Assembly: GCF_036321535.1 (NCBI RefSeq)
Contig: NC_087447.1
Coordinates: forward strand, 45,324,001 to 45,388,000
Origin: Camelus dromedarius
Lineage: Eukaryota
DNA: 64,000 bases
Reading direction: 5' to 3'
This document shows, piece by piece, positions 38,461 through 52,956 of this stretch. Below the pieces are notes generated by a model. It saw only the letters and a program-made list of their open reading frames with translations, was not told the origin of the DNA and searched no databases. Positions within the stretch are counted from its first letter, which is position 1. The number at the start of each line of letters is the position of its first letter. The position numbers and the translations under genes were made by a program.

Positions 38461-39649
38461 TATGTATAATATATATAAGTATATGTACACACACATGCAT
38501 GTATGTACATATGTACATGGGTGTATGTGTATATATACACATATGTATGTATGATTGATGCATATATGATATATGTATCACATATTAGGTACTTTGCTAG
38601 GTGTTAATCAAGGCAAGTAAAACAAGAAACCCATAGTCTAGTGGCAGAAGAGATGTAAAAACCTCTAACATTAACTGACACCTCTCTAAGCAGCAATAAA
38701 GCCCTCGTTTAATATTGGGTAAGACAAATTCAAAAGCCTACGGCTGGATGTAAAAAGAAGATCAAGAAGATGCTTTTTAAAATACAAATGGAGAATTTGA
38801 AAGGAGAGAAATCAGGTTCTGGGGAGTTATTTTAGTGGGCCAACAGAATAATAATGGGGAAAGAGAAAGAAGCTATGTGGAAATAAGAGAAGATGAAATT
38901 TTCAAATGAAAGGAGAAATTCTATCATGAGCCATGTCCTTGGCCGACCTAACTGTTTATTCCAGCCTGAGGGTCTATGATCATCTGAATTCCAGTTCGTT
39001 TAGGGCCATGGTAGTGAGCAGTGAGCATTTCTGTAGTGTCCAGGTGAGACTAGTAAACCCTTAAGGTAAACCCTTTAGTTTTCCAACACTAATCCACGGA
39101 ATGGGAGGAAAATGTCTCTTCTTATCTGTTTGCCTTTCAGCAACAGTGGTCATGGCTCAGGTCCTCTTCTAACACTTTTTTCTCTTAGACCCTGAGACTT
39201 TTGTTGAGGATAACATGAGTTAGGAATCACTACGTGAAGGTAATTAAAACTTCAGGTAGTAGATTGGAATGAGGTTAAGTTGGGTTCCTTGAAATCCTTC
39301 AAGGATAGATTCTTCTGTAAAGTCAGCATTGTTGATGGAAATGGTTTCTCAGTTGGAGTATGCGTCAAAAACTTCCTGAGGAGTTTGTTAACACGCAAGT
39401 GACTAGGTGAATCTCCAAGGATTTGGTCCAGTAGGTAGGGGATGGTCCCTGGAAGATGCAGTTAAGAACACCAAAAATACAGGTTATCTTAAGAATATGT
39501 TTTCATAAACAAAGGCTTATATTGATGTCATTCTTGCTTTTGGGAAAGAATTCCGAGACGGTATCTTTGGAACCATACCTTGAAAGTAGAACTGCAACCC
39601 TGGGTCTTAACTGAGAAAAAAAAGAACATTTCTTCTGGATAAATCCCAC

Positions 39650-40588
39650 ATGTGGCCCAACAGCAGCTTCAATGCCTTCCTCCTGACTGGCTTTCCGGAC
39701 TTGGAGGCAGCTCACCACTGGATTTCCACACCCTTCTTTTTCGTCTGCCTCTCTGTCCTTTTCAGCAATGGCACCCTTCTCTTTCTCATTAAGGAAGATC
39801 ACACTCTTCATGAGCCTATGTACTACTTTTTGGCCATGCTGGCAGACACAGACCTTGGGCTGACCTTGACTACGATGCCCACGGTGCTGGGAGTCCTCTG
39901 GCTGGATCACAGGGAGACTGGAAACGTAGCCTGCTTTTCTCAAGCCTACTTTATACACTCACTTTCCTTTGTAGAATCTGGCGTTTTGCTTGCTATGTCC
40001 TATGATCGTTTCATTGCCATTCGAAACCCCCTTAGGTATATGTCTATACTCACTAATAACCGAGTGGTGAAGATTGGGCTGGGAGTTCTGATGAGGGGGT
40101 TTGTATCTGTGGTCCCCCCAATCTTACCCCTTTACTTTTTCCCCTATTGCCATTCCTCTGTCCTTTCTCATGCATTCTGCCTTCACCAGGATGTCATCAA
40201 ACTGGCCTGTGCTGACACTACCTTCAATCGACTGTATCCAGTTGTGCTTGTAGTTCTTATCTTTGTGCTGGATTCTCTGATTATTCTCATCTCCTATGTG
40301 TTGATACTCAAGAGTGTTCTGAGCATTGCCTCCAGAGAAGAGAGGGTCAAGGCCCTCAACACCTGTGTATCCCATATCTGCTGTGTCCTGGTTTTCTATG
40401 TCACAGTGATTGGGTTGTCTCTGATTCATCGGTTTGGGAAGCAGGTTCCACATATTGTCCACCTCGTTATGAGTTAAGTCTATTTTCTGTTCCCTCCATT
40501 AATGAACCCTATAATCTACAGTGCCAAGACCAAGCAGATCCAGAGTGGCATTCTTCGCCTTTTTACCACCCATAGAGCTGGAGCCTGA
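39650..40588 (+). pseudogene. OR51B5: OR51B5-like olfactory receptor with a single nonsense codon in TM7
   Basis: 275-aa ORF with intact OR motifs. TAA at 40475-40477 replaces Tyr. The frame continues [22 protein letters not shown]...[11 protein letters not shown](40586-40588), 312 codons in total. GFVSVVPP and [10 protein letters not shown] match recalled human OR51B5. Confidence 0.9.
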
Positions 40589-41734
40589 TCTCTGACCATC
40601 GTAGTTTCTCACATGGAATGTAAGAGCTCTGTTTTTTTTTGGCAGGGGATCAAAGGAGGCTCAAATCAAACACCCATGATCAGATCTCTTGGTAAAATAA
40701 TTGTCAAAGTAAAGCTACAAATGGCCCAAGGGATCTCCTTAAGCCCAGGTCTATGGCCTAGTCTAGTTTGTGCAATTAAAAGAAAAAAATCTATAAACCA
40801 AATATCACTAAAATTCTTGTGATAACAATGCCTCAGATGTTTATAGATGTGTCTATAATGTAACTAAAATATATTGATTTGGGGTTTGAAAGGTGGCAGA
40901 TAGGAACAGAGTTCTAATGATGTAAGTTGATTTGGGTGAATCAAAGTAAAGTTTGGTCTATTTATAGCCAATCCAATCTCTAACTGTCATGAACTCCACC
41001 ACAGAAATCCACACAAACCATGGAAATCTATATGTTTGGTCACTGAAGCAGGAATTTCCCTGAAAAGAAGTATGAATTCTTCCTTGAACACTGTTGTAAT
41101 CACTTATCATTCCAATTATGCCACTGGTTCCTTCCTCCTCCCTTAAGTGATCATGACTTTATTTCAAGAACCATGAGTTTATATTTATTTTCCAAGGCAC
41201 TATCTACTTATAAAAATATTGTTTCCAAGTCAGTATCTACTTAAGAAAAAAATTTCTCACTGATTAGAGGAACTATGGATAAATGAGAAGAAATAGACAC
41301 AGCATCTCCTTCCACCTTGGTCCTCATTCTTATCCTGCCACCCCAGTCTTTAGCTCTGATGATGGCGCCATCTCCAGGGCATGTACCAGTGGCTCACGAG
41401 TCTGTCGAGTGGAAGAGGTAGTTCCTTTTCCCTCCTTTTGCTATGAACAAAGCCTGAGGGACTGAAGCAACAGGTTTCCACATTTTTTTTGGAAAATAGT
41501 TGTTCTCTATACATGTACATATCCTGACTCCACTTTATAAGTGTGAGTTTCTCAAGGAATAGGATATTATTCTTATTTGATTGAAAATTTCTGATGAGTT
41601 AGAAAGGGACTTGTGACTTGTTAAAATATCTTCAATGGGTAGAGGCTATTCTTTATTGCATTTCAGTAAAAACAGAAAAAAGCTAGAAAAGCTAGATGAG
41701 TCAGGAGACAGATTACAGACGACGTCATTGGTGT

Positions 41735-42075
41735 CATTGGTGCTCTGTGTAGATCACTTTACAGGACTGTGCACCCACCCCTTGCTCCTGTGAGTGCTGG
41801 CTGCTCTCTGCAGGTGATTATTTTCAACTCAGCTGGAAACGTCTTGCCAAGGTTACAGCTCCTGGTCCCCAGGAAGCAAGTCGTAGACATATACGGACCC
41901 TCTTGCCTTCTGAAGTGAAACTCCAGCAAGGATTATGTCTTTGCTGATCACCTTCCCTTGTCTGCCCTGTTTTTTCTCACTCCCTGTCTCCTAAGAGCAT
42001 TCATTAATAAACTACATACATCTGAATTCCTGTCTCAGGCTTTGTTTATAAGCAGTCCAACATAAAACACCTACA
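41735..42075 (+). mobile_element. Old ERVL LTR (LTR16/LTR33-like)
   Basis: 3' end AATAAACTACATACATCTGAATTCCTGTCTCAGGCTTTGTTT...AAAACA. Confidence 0.55.
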
Positions 42076-45000
42076 ACTCTCATTTCTTTCCTATTTTATC
42101 AAGAAATTTATTTGTGAAAGGACTGAGCTTATAAAAAGGGAGTAACTGTATGTTTTACTCTTTTTTTGTCTCTCTCTTTTTATCCTCTGTAACATCTAAG
42201 TAACAGAGTATGAATACTAAATTGGGAATGTAGTGTCAGAGTGATGGTAACTCATGTCCTGTTATCAATTTCCATGAAACCAAACATGTCCCTCAATGCC
42301 TCCTATTCTATTCACCCACCCACAGCTTATTTTATTCATAATAATATCATGAAATAGATATTATCAACATTAATCTATAGATGAGGGATCTGAAGATAAG
42401 AAAAGGTAACTACCACATTCAAAGACATAAATTTATCAGCAGTATAGTTGTGATTCAAATCCACATCTTCTAATTCTAAGGCCAGTGTAAACAGTACTCC
42501 ACTGAAATAGTCTGTCTTCAGTGTACTCTCTTTTCCCTCCTGAACTCTACTGTGCTTATGGAAGCAGTGCCTACTCCCTTCTGAGCATTTCTCCTCCTTC
42601 TCCTCCAAAAATGTGGTTCCTTGTAGGAGCTGATATTTTCCATTATATCTCCAAACCCCTATTCCCTGCCAAGTAAAGCCAGTCAAAAATCTTTTTCAGA
42701 ATTTTTCAAAATAAAATCATGAAAAAGAGTTATGCTTTCATGATTACAGAAGTAGTAAGATGAAATGTCTAGAATTGTTAATAGTCATGTTTTCCATCAG
42801 GTGAGTGATCTCAGACTATAATACGCATTTAGAGTAAATTACATATAAGGAAATGAAAAATCCCTAGGAACCCTAAAGCCCCTGGCTCCATATTTTCCTG
42901 AGGCTCAGTGACAAGCAGCTCAATCTCCCCTTTAATTCCACAGCCTGATAAAGACCTCCCTTGTCATTTTATTTTATTTTGTTCAAACTGGCTCTAGCTG
43001 GGTTTCAGTCACTTATAACCAAAATAGTACTAATAATATAATAATTATACCATCTCAGTTACAATATGTGAATCTGCTCCAAAGAAGATTTAGAAACTTT
43101 AAATAGTTTTAGAAAACTGTCTATTTTCCCAAAATACAAGAAATGAAAGCTAAAAAATGTCAGGAAAACAAGTCTGGCTACCATCTGATCAATGATTTAT
43201 GATGTGATTGTCCTTGTATAGGAAATCCATTTCTTATTTGAAAGCAATTGAAGAAATACATTCACTAAGAGGCTGTGGGGTTAAAAAAAAAAAAAGGAAC
43301 TGGACAAGCAGGGGGAGAGATTAGATCAAAGGAGGACCTCTGTTTATCTACACAGAACTGCAAATGGCTGAGATCCTTCTACATATTTATTTCTCTTCAA
43401 GATCCATTTTGTCAATCAACATAAGCCCAACATTTCCTTGGATGCATGTCATTATCATCACAATGTTTAGAGTTTTCTATAGATCTCATACAGGTCTTCC
43501 TGTAGTATAACATGTCAGGCACCATTAGCAACTTATTTGTAACAGTATCTCCCAAGAAACACTGCTATATGTTTTGTATTTACAAACAGGGTAGACTTCA
43601 GAGTGGTTCACTGGACCACCATACTAACACACCAGTGAACCTCCATACAGAGCAAGTCTGTAATTTAGCTTATGATAATCGAAACTTTAAAAAATATATG
43701 GGGAATAAATTCATGATGAATGAATTCACAACTGCCTGTTGAGATGAATAAAGAACATGTAGACACAGGAGATATAAGGTATATAAGAGTATATACTGGG
43801 GAAAAAAAATGTCTTTTCAAGTATCAGCCTCTGTCTTGCAAAGAGTATTACAGTTATACAAGCATGGGTTTGCAGGGATAATTTGCCATAAGAATAGTGA
43901 ATTTGAGTTAGGAAATGACAGGCTAAGTGTGCATTTTGGTGGATGAAAGAAACCAGTCTTTAAAATGATCAGAAAGTGAGAAATACTAGAGATACACTGA
44001 AAAAGCACAGTGTGACATAATAAATCAGCAGATTATTCTTTTTCCAAATACAAAACGAACTCATGCTACGTGAGAGGCAGATGAATTTCATTCAGTTAAT
44101 GAACACGTAATCGTGGGTTTCTTCTCAGGAGATGCAGATTTTTATAGAGCAAATTTAAGGTGATATATTTAAAGACACTTATTAGATATTATGAGCATTA
44201 AATTAGATAGTCAGAGTGATTAGAAATGTTAAAAGGATCCAGGGGTCTCTATATCCAATAAAAGAATGTCAGCTAATTCTATTTTATAGGCTAAATCCTC
44301 AGACAGCAACATTGTGATGAATAAGCTCCTGTTAGACAAAATCCACTTAGGAAATTTGGGAGTTTATGTCCTTAGATTTCTAGTGCTTATCACCCAGCTG
44401 GCAGGTGGCATGGCAGTGAATAGTAAAGAGGCACCATAAAAATGCATAAGATGAGATGGACTCTTCAGAGGAAAAATGTAAAAGCTGGGAAATGCACAGA
44501 CTAGTGTGGAATGCTCTAGGCTGACAGATAATAGAATCAAACTCCATAAAAAAAGGGAGGCTGATAAATGTTAACACAGTCTTGCTCAACAAATAGCTAA
44601 ATTCCCCAGGATAAAGACTTCCCTGAATCTTTAGTGATGGTATCTAGAATGCCTGTATTTACCTTGACATATATCTTATATAATATGGGTCAGGAATTGG
44701 ACCTAAGCTGTGTGGCACCAGAGCTCAGACTTAGAGCCAAGGAATGACAAATCCAGGTGAAAATATAGTAAGGTATCTGTAATACTGTGGCTGCCTGAAT
44801 ATCTTCAAAATATACATTCTTCATGAAGACTGAGCTCTGTGACCCAGAAGAAGACAGGCACTGACTGGATAACTTTTGTCAGAAAGGAAGACTCTCATTA
44901 CATGAAATGGGAAGTCCTTCCAAGTCTGAGAGATTATGCTGCTCTGATTCTCCATTTCATAGGAAGTAGAAGTATAAAAGGAATCGTAAAGGGAATGAAT

Positions 45001-47869
45001 ACAGTTTCATAAAACACATAAAACACTGAGCCATAAACGGGTACTTCAGGGAATGGCAGACACTGTTGGTGCCCTGCCCACTTCCTGCCAGTGCCCCCAG
45101 ACCTGGCTGCTTCGAGTGATGGTTACTAAGGGCTAATAGCCTCTCTCATTCTCCAGAGACTTGTCCTGGGCTTCACCTGGGAAGTTATCCTAACCCTGGG
45201 GCATTTTGCAGCACATGACTTTATATCTGTTCTAGAGAAAGTGATGATGGCAGGAATGGTGTTATACTATTTTGCTCCCGCAAATCAAGCCACCCCTAAA
45301 TTGTGCTTAGTGCAAAGAGGTTTCACACACAAGGACATTCAGACTCAAGCCATTCACAGAGACCGACTCCTAACCATGACTCCCAAGTCCTACTGAATTT
45401 CAGAAAGACTGATGAGCAAGGAGAGCTTAGGAAGAACTTAACTGAATTTGAAACGTCAGGAGCCGAAATGTGACCTGCATGTTGGACGGCACAGTGCTCA
45501 TCTTCATTTCAAAGTCTCAGGATTAGGCCAGGCTCCAGGATAGATTTAGGAGACAAGGCTAAGATGAAACAATAAAGTCCTTCAGATCCTCATCTCTGCC
45601 AGACCTCGAGTACAGTCCTTTCTACTCAAGTGCAAATTATCAGAGAAAGTCAAGGATGGAAAGGGTACCTTTATCATGTCTACTACTTCATCTTACTATT
45701 TGATACTTAAAGTAAAAGAAGATTTTTCACTTGAATTGTGCTTGAGGCAAGAATGATAACCTCTGGGTATGACCAAGAGACAGACAAATGGCTCACTGCA
45801 TCAAAAAATTTATCAGCAATTGCACTCATTTGTGAGAAATTATTACTTCAAGAACATATATGTCAAGTACTATAATGAGTGACCTCATTTGAAACCAAAG
45901 AAAGGTAATCATCAGGGAATTTTCAAGCTTCATCTAAGTTTAGTGACCTCACTTGATCCAGGATTTAGGAATGACAAAATCAAATGTTGTTTTGATGGTA
46001 TTTTCTCTGTTGAGGTGGAGATCAGAAAGGACAAAGGTGATTTGACAGCATGACTTCCATCTGCTAGCTGAAGCTATAATTCTGCTTTCTGTCTGCAATG
46101 AAAATGTGGAGTTATAGGACAGAGTTCTGGAGGCTAACCTCCTTCTCCAGAGGAGGCTAGGAAGAGATACCTCAGAAGCCTAATTGTCAGTAGCCAGAGG
46201 GACCATGGGGAACCATTTTTTCTATACAAATAATTTCACCAGTGAATCCTGTTAGCAGTCTTCAAAGATAATATTTGCACCAGACTCTACATCAAAATTC
46301 ATGAATTATCTTTCCCCTTAATTCCTGATGCCCCAGGTAAGGCTCTAGTGACCCTGGGAAAATGGAATGGAGATAACAGAGAGGAAAATAAAGCTGATTG
46401 CTTTTCGTGGACTGCTCTTCCTTCAAGTACATGTTGCAGGAAGGTAAATAGAACACTGAGTGTAGCTGTTTGCTTTTATAGACTCTATCCAGGGTAACAT
46501 TTAAAGTTCAACTCCCTAGACAGTACTAGCTTTCAGAGATAAGAGGTGATTTTTCTTTTTTTTAAATTTTTTGTCATGGTGCTTATATAAATAATCAAGA
46601 GATCCAGGTTCCTACCTAGACCTTCTTGTTATCCCAGGACTATTAAGACATTTTTCCTACAATGCTATATTATTTTGAAGAGGCAGGAAGGGGAAGAGAG
46701 ACTGACGTTGAGTTGAATGTAGAGGGCGGGGTCATCAGGACACATGGAAGTCTCTATATTACATCATCTCCTCCTCTCGGTGTGTTCTCCATGTTCAGTT
46801 TTCTTTCTGTCACATCTCCCTATGTTACCTTTCTGCTCTTTCTTCTCCTGTGTGCCTTTTGCCTTCAGTGATATGACTGATTCTCAGTTATGACAGAACC
46901 TTTGTGTGTGCTCTGAACTCAATGCCTGTCCTTAAGAGCTGCTATTCCATTAAGGCTTGGAAATGATCATTAGATAAGGGCTCCACTGGGAAAGACAGAG
47001 TTGGATCTGATAAGTCATGTCCACTTTTGGGGAAAACTTGGAGTCTGGAGGGTCTGATGATGACTAAATATGCAGTTTGTTGGTGAGTTCTTGGTGAATC
47101 TTAATTGGACATTTGTTAGGGAAAAAGCAGTGTGTGGGTCAGTCAACTTATACATTAGCCAATTACAGTACCACTATCATTTGGAAGTCAATGTCATTAC
47201 ATAAATCAGTTTAATCATCAGTATACTATCCACTAGTGCATCAGTGTTTTAATAATAAGGTAATTAAAATTTCATAAATGATCTGACAGTCAGTATGTCA
47301 AAATCTGTCATTAGTTCCAGGAGGATTGATGTGTTGATAGAGCAGTTCAGGAAGATAAGCGATGTTAGCACTGAATTGGGAGTACATCATGCTTTAATTA
47401 GAATGAGTTAATTAGAGCCACTAGATCTGAGAGACAGGTAATAATGTGAAAGGCAACAGACAACATTTTGTGTTAAGTTTAGTTCTGAAGATTGGTAAAT
47501 GTAGAAAAGGTATCTGGGACTTAGCTAGAGGGAGAGGGCAAAGTGAGGGATATGATTGTAATAAACCCAAGAAAAGTGTAATGGGTGTAAGAAGAAAGAA
47601 ACAGGAAAATGATAGGATGGAGATGACATCCAACTGAATCTTAGGTGCATGAGCAAGAGAGGCAGAAGCCACCAGAGGCACCCAGCCAAGGCCACCCAAA
47701 ACTACCTGAAGCATGCATACGAGTTAAAAACAAATGTGCAATGTTGTAAGCCATTGAAGCCATATAGGCTTTTGTCATGTGGTAATTTTGTGCTAATATC
47801 TAACTGGCATACATAAACTCTCTAAATATTACTTTATCAATAATAAGATCTAGATAATAGCAATCCCTA

Positions 47870-48660
47870 CTGTATTTGTTTTCTGTTGCTGTTTAATGAA
47901 TTACGACAAACTGTGCTGTTTAAAGCAAAACTCATTTATATCACAGTTTTGTATGTCAGAATTCTAGTAGGTTTGATCAGGTTCTCTATTTAGGATATCC
48001 TAAGGCCAAAATCAAGGTGAGGGCTGGGCTAGGCTCTTATATGTAGAGTCTGGAGAAGAATCCACTTTCAAACTCATTCATAATGTTGGCAAAATTCAGT
48101 TCCTTGTGGCAATAAGTATGAGGTCCCTGCTTTTTGCAGACTGTCAGCTGTCACCCTCTCTCTGCAACAAGAAGCCGCCTAAATTCCTTCTTAGGTGGCC
48201 TCTCACATCCTCAAACCAGTAACTATCTGTCAAATTCTCAAATTTGAATCACTTTAGGTCTTTGTTCCATCACTAGTCTGTATAAACACTATGATTTTAA
48301 AGGCTCACATGATTAGATTGTCTGCTCATAATCTCCCTTTGATAAACTCAAAGTCAACTAATCAGTAATCTTTTTCTTTTGAGTAGTATTTAATATTTGA
48401 AAAAATATATTTCTATTTAATTTAATTTATTTTTTAATAATTTTTAGGACCAAAGAGATTTTTTTTGTTTTTAAAAAATATTTTTTTTTTGGTGTGGGGA
48501 TGTGATCAGGTTTGTTTGTTTGTTTGTTTGTTTACTTACTTGCTTATTTATTTAAATAGAGGTGCTGGGGATTGAACCTAGGACCTCGTGCATGTGCATG
48601 CTAGGCTTGCTCTCTACCACTGAGTTATATCCTCCCTCGGATCAGTAAACTTAATTACAT
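47870..48660. mobile_element. MaLR LTR (MLT1-like) interrupted by a SINE
   Basis: TGTATTTGTTTTCTGTTGCTG...AAGGCCAAAATCAAGGTG...GGAGAAGAATCCACTTTCAAACTCATTCA...CTTAATTACATCT. Confidence 0.75.
48372..48639 (-). mobile_element. tRNA-derived SINE (Vic-1-like)
   Basis: GGGGATTGAACCTAGGACCTCGTGCATG...CTACCACTGAG, long T-rich tail, TSD ATCAGTAA on both sides. Confidence 0.85.
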
Positions 48661-48669
48661 CTATATAAT

Positions 48670-49085
48670 ACATTTAAGTTTCCTCCATGATTTTTCATGG
48701 CTTGACAGCTCTTTTTTTTTTTAAGTGCCAAATACTATTCCATTGTCTGGATATACCTATACCACATGTATTTATCTATCCACCTATTGAAGGGCATCTT
48801 GTTTACTTCTGAGTTTTGATAATTATGAATAAAGCTGCTGTAAACATCTGATTGCAGGTTCTTGTGAAGACAAAAGTTTTCAACTCTTCTGGATAAACAC
48901 AAAGGAGCACTACTGTTGGACTGTATGGTAGGAGTATGTTTAGTTTTGTAAGAAATCTCCAAACTCTTTCAAAGTGGCTGTACTCTTTTGTGTTTCCACC
49001 AGCAGTGTGAGAGAATTCCTGTTGCTCTGTATTCTCACCAGCTTTTGGTGTTATCAGTGTTCAAGATTTTGGCCATTCTAATGTG
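48670..49085 (-). mobile_element. LINE-1 fragment (L1MB-like)
   Basis: Antisense ORF2-end/3'UTR motifs (AAAGTGGCTGTACTCTTTTG...CCACCAGCAGTGTGAGAG). Confidence 0.8.
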
Positions 49086-49889
49086 TGTGAATATCTGCCT
49101 TTTTACTAATATATTCACTGCATTTAGCACACAACTATGAGATTTAAAGGAGTAAGAAATATCAAATCATTGCATAACAGAGACAAGTATGATTGCCATG
49201 AATTAAAATTTAGAAATTAAAAAAATGAATCACTTCCAAGTTTCTATCTCTTGTCTTCTGGAGACAAATGCAATGCTTTCTAGAAGCAAAAAGCTATAAA
49301 CTCCGTAAGTTTAGTACTAGAACAACCCCATGAGGTAGCAGGTACCTGGACAGACTTCAGGCATCCCTCTTTGAAGCTCCTTGAGTGGGTTGGTCCTGTG
49401 GGATTCTATAATATGCTTATCCATACAAAGAATTACAATGTGAGCTTCAATTCAAGTAAAGATGGCATATGTTTGTTACTCACAAGATCATGAGGTTTGC
49501 ATCCTTAATGTTCAGTCTAGGACTTCATTTATGTAGGGAACATCAACTTCTACTTACTGAATCAATGAGCACATAGTATAAATGGTGGATCCAAAATGAA
49601 AGTGCTGACCTCTTTCCTACAATATAAAATATGCTCACAATAGAGAGAAGAAGAAACTAGAAGACAAAACTAGAAATCAACAAAATGTCTTGGATTTCAG
49701 GTGAGATCAGGTCAGACATTCAGATAAGCTCTAATAGAGGAGTCTGACCAAGATAATGAGCTATTAGAAAATATTAGAAGCAGAGGACTAGGGTGAGAAA
49801 TTTATGAAGGAAGGATACAAGTTAGGCAAAATTCTGTACAGGTGCTGTGATTTATTATTTTTCAAATGAGATGGCAAAAATAATTTTAT

Positions 49890-50170
49890 GGTCTAAGAAG
49901 TGTACTATATAGCTTGTGGTTAGCTTGAGTTAGGAATTTCTGTAAGTATAAACTACATTCTGAATTTTGAAAAATTAGTATGGTAAAATGTAAAATATTT
50001 TGGGTATGATTTTTGTACTGATTACATTTTGAAATGATAATATTTTGGCTATAGCAGATAAAATATATATTAAAAGTATTTATAACTATACTTTTTACGC
50101 TTTTTAATGTGGCTGCTAGAAAGTTTAAAATCATGTATGTGGCTTAAATTGCATTTCTACTGGGCAGGAA
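49890..50170. mobile_element. hAT-Charlie DNA transposon remnant (MER3/MER33-like)
   Basis: TTTAATGTGGCTGCTAGAAAGTTTAAAATCATGTATGTGGCT...TTTCTACTGGGCAG. Confidence 0.7.
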
Positions 50171-50211
50171 ATTTAGAGAAAGCTTTATTTTTTTCATCTC
50201 AGGGACCCACC

Positions 50212-51144
50212 ATGTGGTCCAACATCAGTGCTGCTCCTTTTCTACTGACTGGCTTCCCAGGTCTGGAGAAATTTCATCCTTGGGTCTCCATCTCCTTCTT
50301 TGTCATCTATGTGTCCGTACTCCTCGGCAATGGCACCCTCCTCTTCCTTATCAGAGAAGACCATACTCCTTACGAGCCTATGTACTACTTTCTAGCTATA
50401 TTGGCAGCCACAGACCTTGGAGTGACTTTGACAACGATGCCCACTGTGCTTGGTGCTCTGTGGCTGGATCACAGGGAGATCAGCCATGGAGCCTGCTACT
50501 TCCAGGCCTATCTAACCCACTCACTCTCTGTTGTGGAGTCCGGAGTCTTGCTCGTCATGGCCTATGATCATTTTATTGCCATCCGCAACCCCCTGAGATA
50601 CACCTCCATTCTCACCAATACTAAGCTGGTGAAGATAGGTCTAGGGGTTCTAATGAGAAGATTGATACTTATTGTGCCCATAATCATCACCCTCTCCAGA
50701 TTCCCTTACTGCAGATCCCATGTCCTGTCCCATGCCTTCTGCCTGTACTAGGATGTGATCAAACTGGCTTGTGCTGACATAGCCTTCAATAGACTCTATC
50801 CTATACTCCTGGTCTCTCTAACTGGTTTCTTGGACTCTGTGCTTATCCTTATCTCTTATGTCCTAATCTTTAATACTGTCATGGGGATTGCATCAGGTAA
50901 AGAGCAGGCTAAGGCTCTAAATATTTGTGTCTCCCATATCAGCTGTGTTCTGGTTTTCTACATCACTGTGACTGGGCTGATCCTCATTCACCAATTTGGG
51001 AAATATGTGCCACATGTGTTTCATATTATCATGAGCTATATCTATTTCTTCTTCCCCCCATTTATGAATCCAATAATCTATAGCATTAAGACCAAGCAGA
51101 TACAGGATGGCATCAATTGCCTTTTCTCTTTCCAGAGACTCTGA
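50212..51144 (+). pseudogene. OR51B-family olfactory receptor with a single nonsense codon
   Basis: ATG in CCCACCATG context just after a likely splice acceptor [28 protein letters not shown]...HAFCLY-TAG(50749-50751, CAG>TAG)-DVIKLACAD...[16 protein letters not shown]; 310 codons. Confidence 0.92.
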
Positions 51145-52699
51145 ACATGATCTACTTACTGTGGGGGTTCTCCCCACTGTTGGATGGGTTTCTTGGCAAA
51201 ATGGACTATATAATGCCAGTGTATCTCAGAATCAAAAGGATTGGAATTCCTGTCATGTAAAAGACACAGGGCCATAGCTCTGATTCTCACCCGCTTGCTC
51301 ATAACACACCCCCAATGACATTAAATTTGGTTCTATTGCTCTGGTTGGTAAATTGTCTGCTTTATTTCCTAAATGGCAGAATCACTTGTCTCAATGGTTA
51401 CCTGAAGTCAATGACACTTGAAATTGTTTCAGAGTCTACACAAAAAGAGGAGAATGTGATAGCTTGATGGAGTTCTCCAGCACTCTGAGGAAAAGAGTTC
51501 AAAAATTTTCTTTATGCCTAACAGTGCATCAGAGATGACGAAGGGTCTTTGACAACCCCATTGGTGCTGCATGGTGGCAGGGCGGGTCAGAAGTAGATGA
51601 GAGTAAGATATTCAGACCAAGAGAGGTCTTGCTGCCAAAACAACCAAATGCCAAACAAGAACTCAGATTCCAGCAGATGCCAGCATGGCTAGACGCCCAC
51701 CAAGGATTAGTGAAAAGATTCTGAGTTGATGATATCCAGTGCCTTCCATCTAATGGGTTCAGGACTCCAAATAAACTATAATAAAATAGTTTCATTTCTT
51801 ACACACCTGAGTTCTGGTTCCATGTTCTGCAATTCCTAACCTCTATACATGCTTAATGAAAAAGTGATCCTAGTCATGGAAGCATTCTAATAATATGTTT
51901 GCAGAGGCAACATTTTGTCTTTTTTTCCTGAATTGGGGGGTTGTTGATCAACTGCCTTCAGGAAATATTGTAATTTTGTAGTCATGGAACACATAAGATA
52001 TTTAAAGAAACTTCACTTAGGTCTTCTCATGCATTTTATTCCTTGCAGAGTTCAACATGACCAGAATGTATACATCAACAATATAGGAAGAGAAGCTTCA
52101 TTTTATTAGTTCAACAGGGGTAGGAAAGGTTAGGTAGTTTGATGCATATTAAGCAAAATTATAGACACTATGTTGGTGAATGAACTATCAATATATTCAA
52201 TCAATGACTAGTCCATGGCTTTTTCTTTCTTTTTTAGAAAAGGAGATGCGTGTTCTCATGTTACCAAGATCTTTGGAGTGACTTCCTATAACCGATAGAT
52301 TCTCCTGTAATCAAATTTACTTCTCCATTGAAGATGGTTATTTACAAAATAACCTTTGGAAGCCATTGATTTCCATCATTGTTCGCTCTCATTCTTAATT
52401 CTCTTAGCATTCCCCCCTCATTTTAATTGTTTTTTTCCTGTTGGTTTTGTGAGAGAAAAGAATGAGTAGAACAATTGACATGTGTAACCCCATCAGTTTA
52501 AAAATATTTTTTTAAAAGGATGTAGAACAACTTAAAAATAGGAAAAAATATACATTTAACAAAACTGTAAGGCAACATGACATAAGTAAGTCTAAGATAA
52601 AAAGTGTCTATAATAGAGAGGTACCTGGAAACAAATTCTAAGGGAAACAATGAAACAAACATGGTAAATCCACATTTATAAACTAAAGAAGATGTTACA

Positions 52700-52956
52700 G
52701 GGGGAGGGTATAGCTCAGTGGTAGAGTGTGTGCTTAGCATGCACGAGGTCCTTGGTTCAATCCCCAGTAACTCCATTAAAATAAATAATAATAAACAAAT
52801 AAAAGTAAATAAAATCTGATATCCCCCCAATTTAAAGAAAAAAAAAACAGGGGTAAAATACTCGGCTTTAAAAAGAAAAAATAGAGGGAAAAAAGAATAA
52901 GAAAAATAAAAGTTAAAAAATACAGTGACAATTTAGATGGTCAAATTAAAAAAATT
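52700..52956 (+). mobile_element. tRNA-derived SINE (Vic-1-like) with extended tail
   Basis: GGGGAGGGTATAGCTCAGTGGTAGAG...GGTTCAATCCCCAG; TSD AAGATGT(T/A)ACAG at ~52689-52700 and ~52959-52970. Confidence 0.9.

Noticed and set aside
52700..52775. tRNA-like sequence (also at 18370-18441, 48560-48639, 53820-53895, 55260-55335, 57090-57165)
   Set aside because: A-rich tails, TSDs and multiple diverged copies show these are SINE heads, not tRNA genes
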